A stretch of 49,565 nucleotides of DNA, counting the filler, from Jimgerdemannia flammicorona (lineage: Eukaryota): NCBI GenBank assembly GCA_003990765.1. It is 2 parts of 2 records of this genome, joined end to end, with 100 filler letters (N's around TTAATTAATTAA, not from the genome) between each part and the next. Parts side by side here need not be neighbours in the genome. Positions count along the whole stretch, not along the records: positions 24,836 to 49,565 come from RBNJ01000935.1; 1 more part is not named here. The stretch is one strand, 5' to 3'. Positions 49,280-49,565 of this stretch are shown in pieces. The notes under the pieces are model-generated. The model made no database searches. It was not told the origin of the DNA and saw only the letters and a list, made by a program, of their open reading frames with translations. How positions within the stretch are numbered: position 1 is the stretch's first letter; each line of letters starts with the position of its first letter. Made by a program: the position numbers and the translations under genes.

Positions 49280-49565
49280 ATAAGTCTGTAGAAGAAGGTT
49301 TTAAGGTGAGAGAAGCTGTTGAGGGATCTGATGACTGGATGGTAGATAGGTTGGGGTCCTTCAGGGGGGTGATAGCAAGGTTTGATAGTGAGGATATGTG
49401 AACAGAGTGGTGGGAGAGTGGGGATTATATTTGATAGAGTAGTGTTTCATCGAGAAGGGGTAGAGGAGAGGGGCCCCTCTAGGGGAATTGGATAAGGGGT
49501 GGGTTCACTGTACTTATGGGATAGATGAGTATAATAAAGGAAGAGTCCAAGTGACTATAAATAAA

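Larger units (their letters stand above)
46392..49565 (+). mobile_element. 5'-truncated Tx1/L1-like LINE interrupted by the solo LTR; 3' end at the window edge
   Basis: SWDTLATLVVRRGLGLVDF, FKGFWW, WWRMLQRNVMLNF..CFDCEEC..QMPEHWLREC, homologous to the LINE at 39041-40658; ends GAGTCCAAGTGACTATAAATAAA. Confidence 0.85.

Overview
Eukaryotic, almost certainly fungal, genomic DNA (GT-AG introns; a Crinkler-like remnant suggests an early-diverging, TE-rich lineage such as Mucoromycota, which is inference). About three quarters of the window is nested, C-to-T-decayed transposons: Tx1/L1-like LINEs, an Ngaro-type and a DIRS1-type tyrosine-recombinase retroelement, hAT-like foldback MITEs, copia remnants and several Ty3/gypsy pieces. 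The main gypsy family is a chromovirus with a dUTPase between Gag-NC and protease and a ~2 kb LTR whose U3 carries its own ~365-codon ORF; one copy of this LTR is a TSD-flanked solo LTR. A CpG-retaining host island (~11.5-23.2 kb) holds three tandem 3-exon paralogs of an unrecognised protein (two 6-Cys repeats, Ser/Thr stalk, one TM helix, PPxY tail), a Crinkler-like pseudogene and a ~1.26 kb inverted repeat. An artificial contig linker lies at 24736-24835. All assignments come from manual translation and motif recognition; no searches were run.
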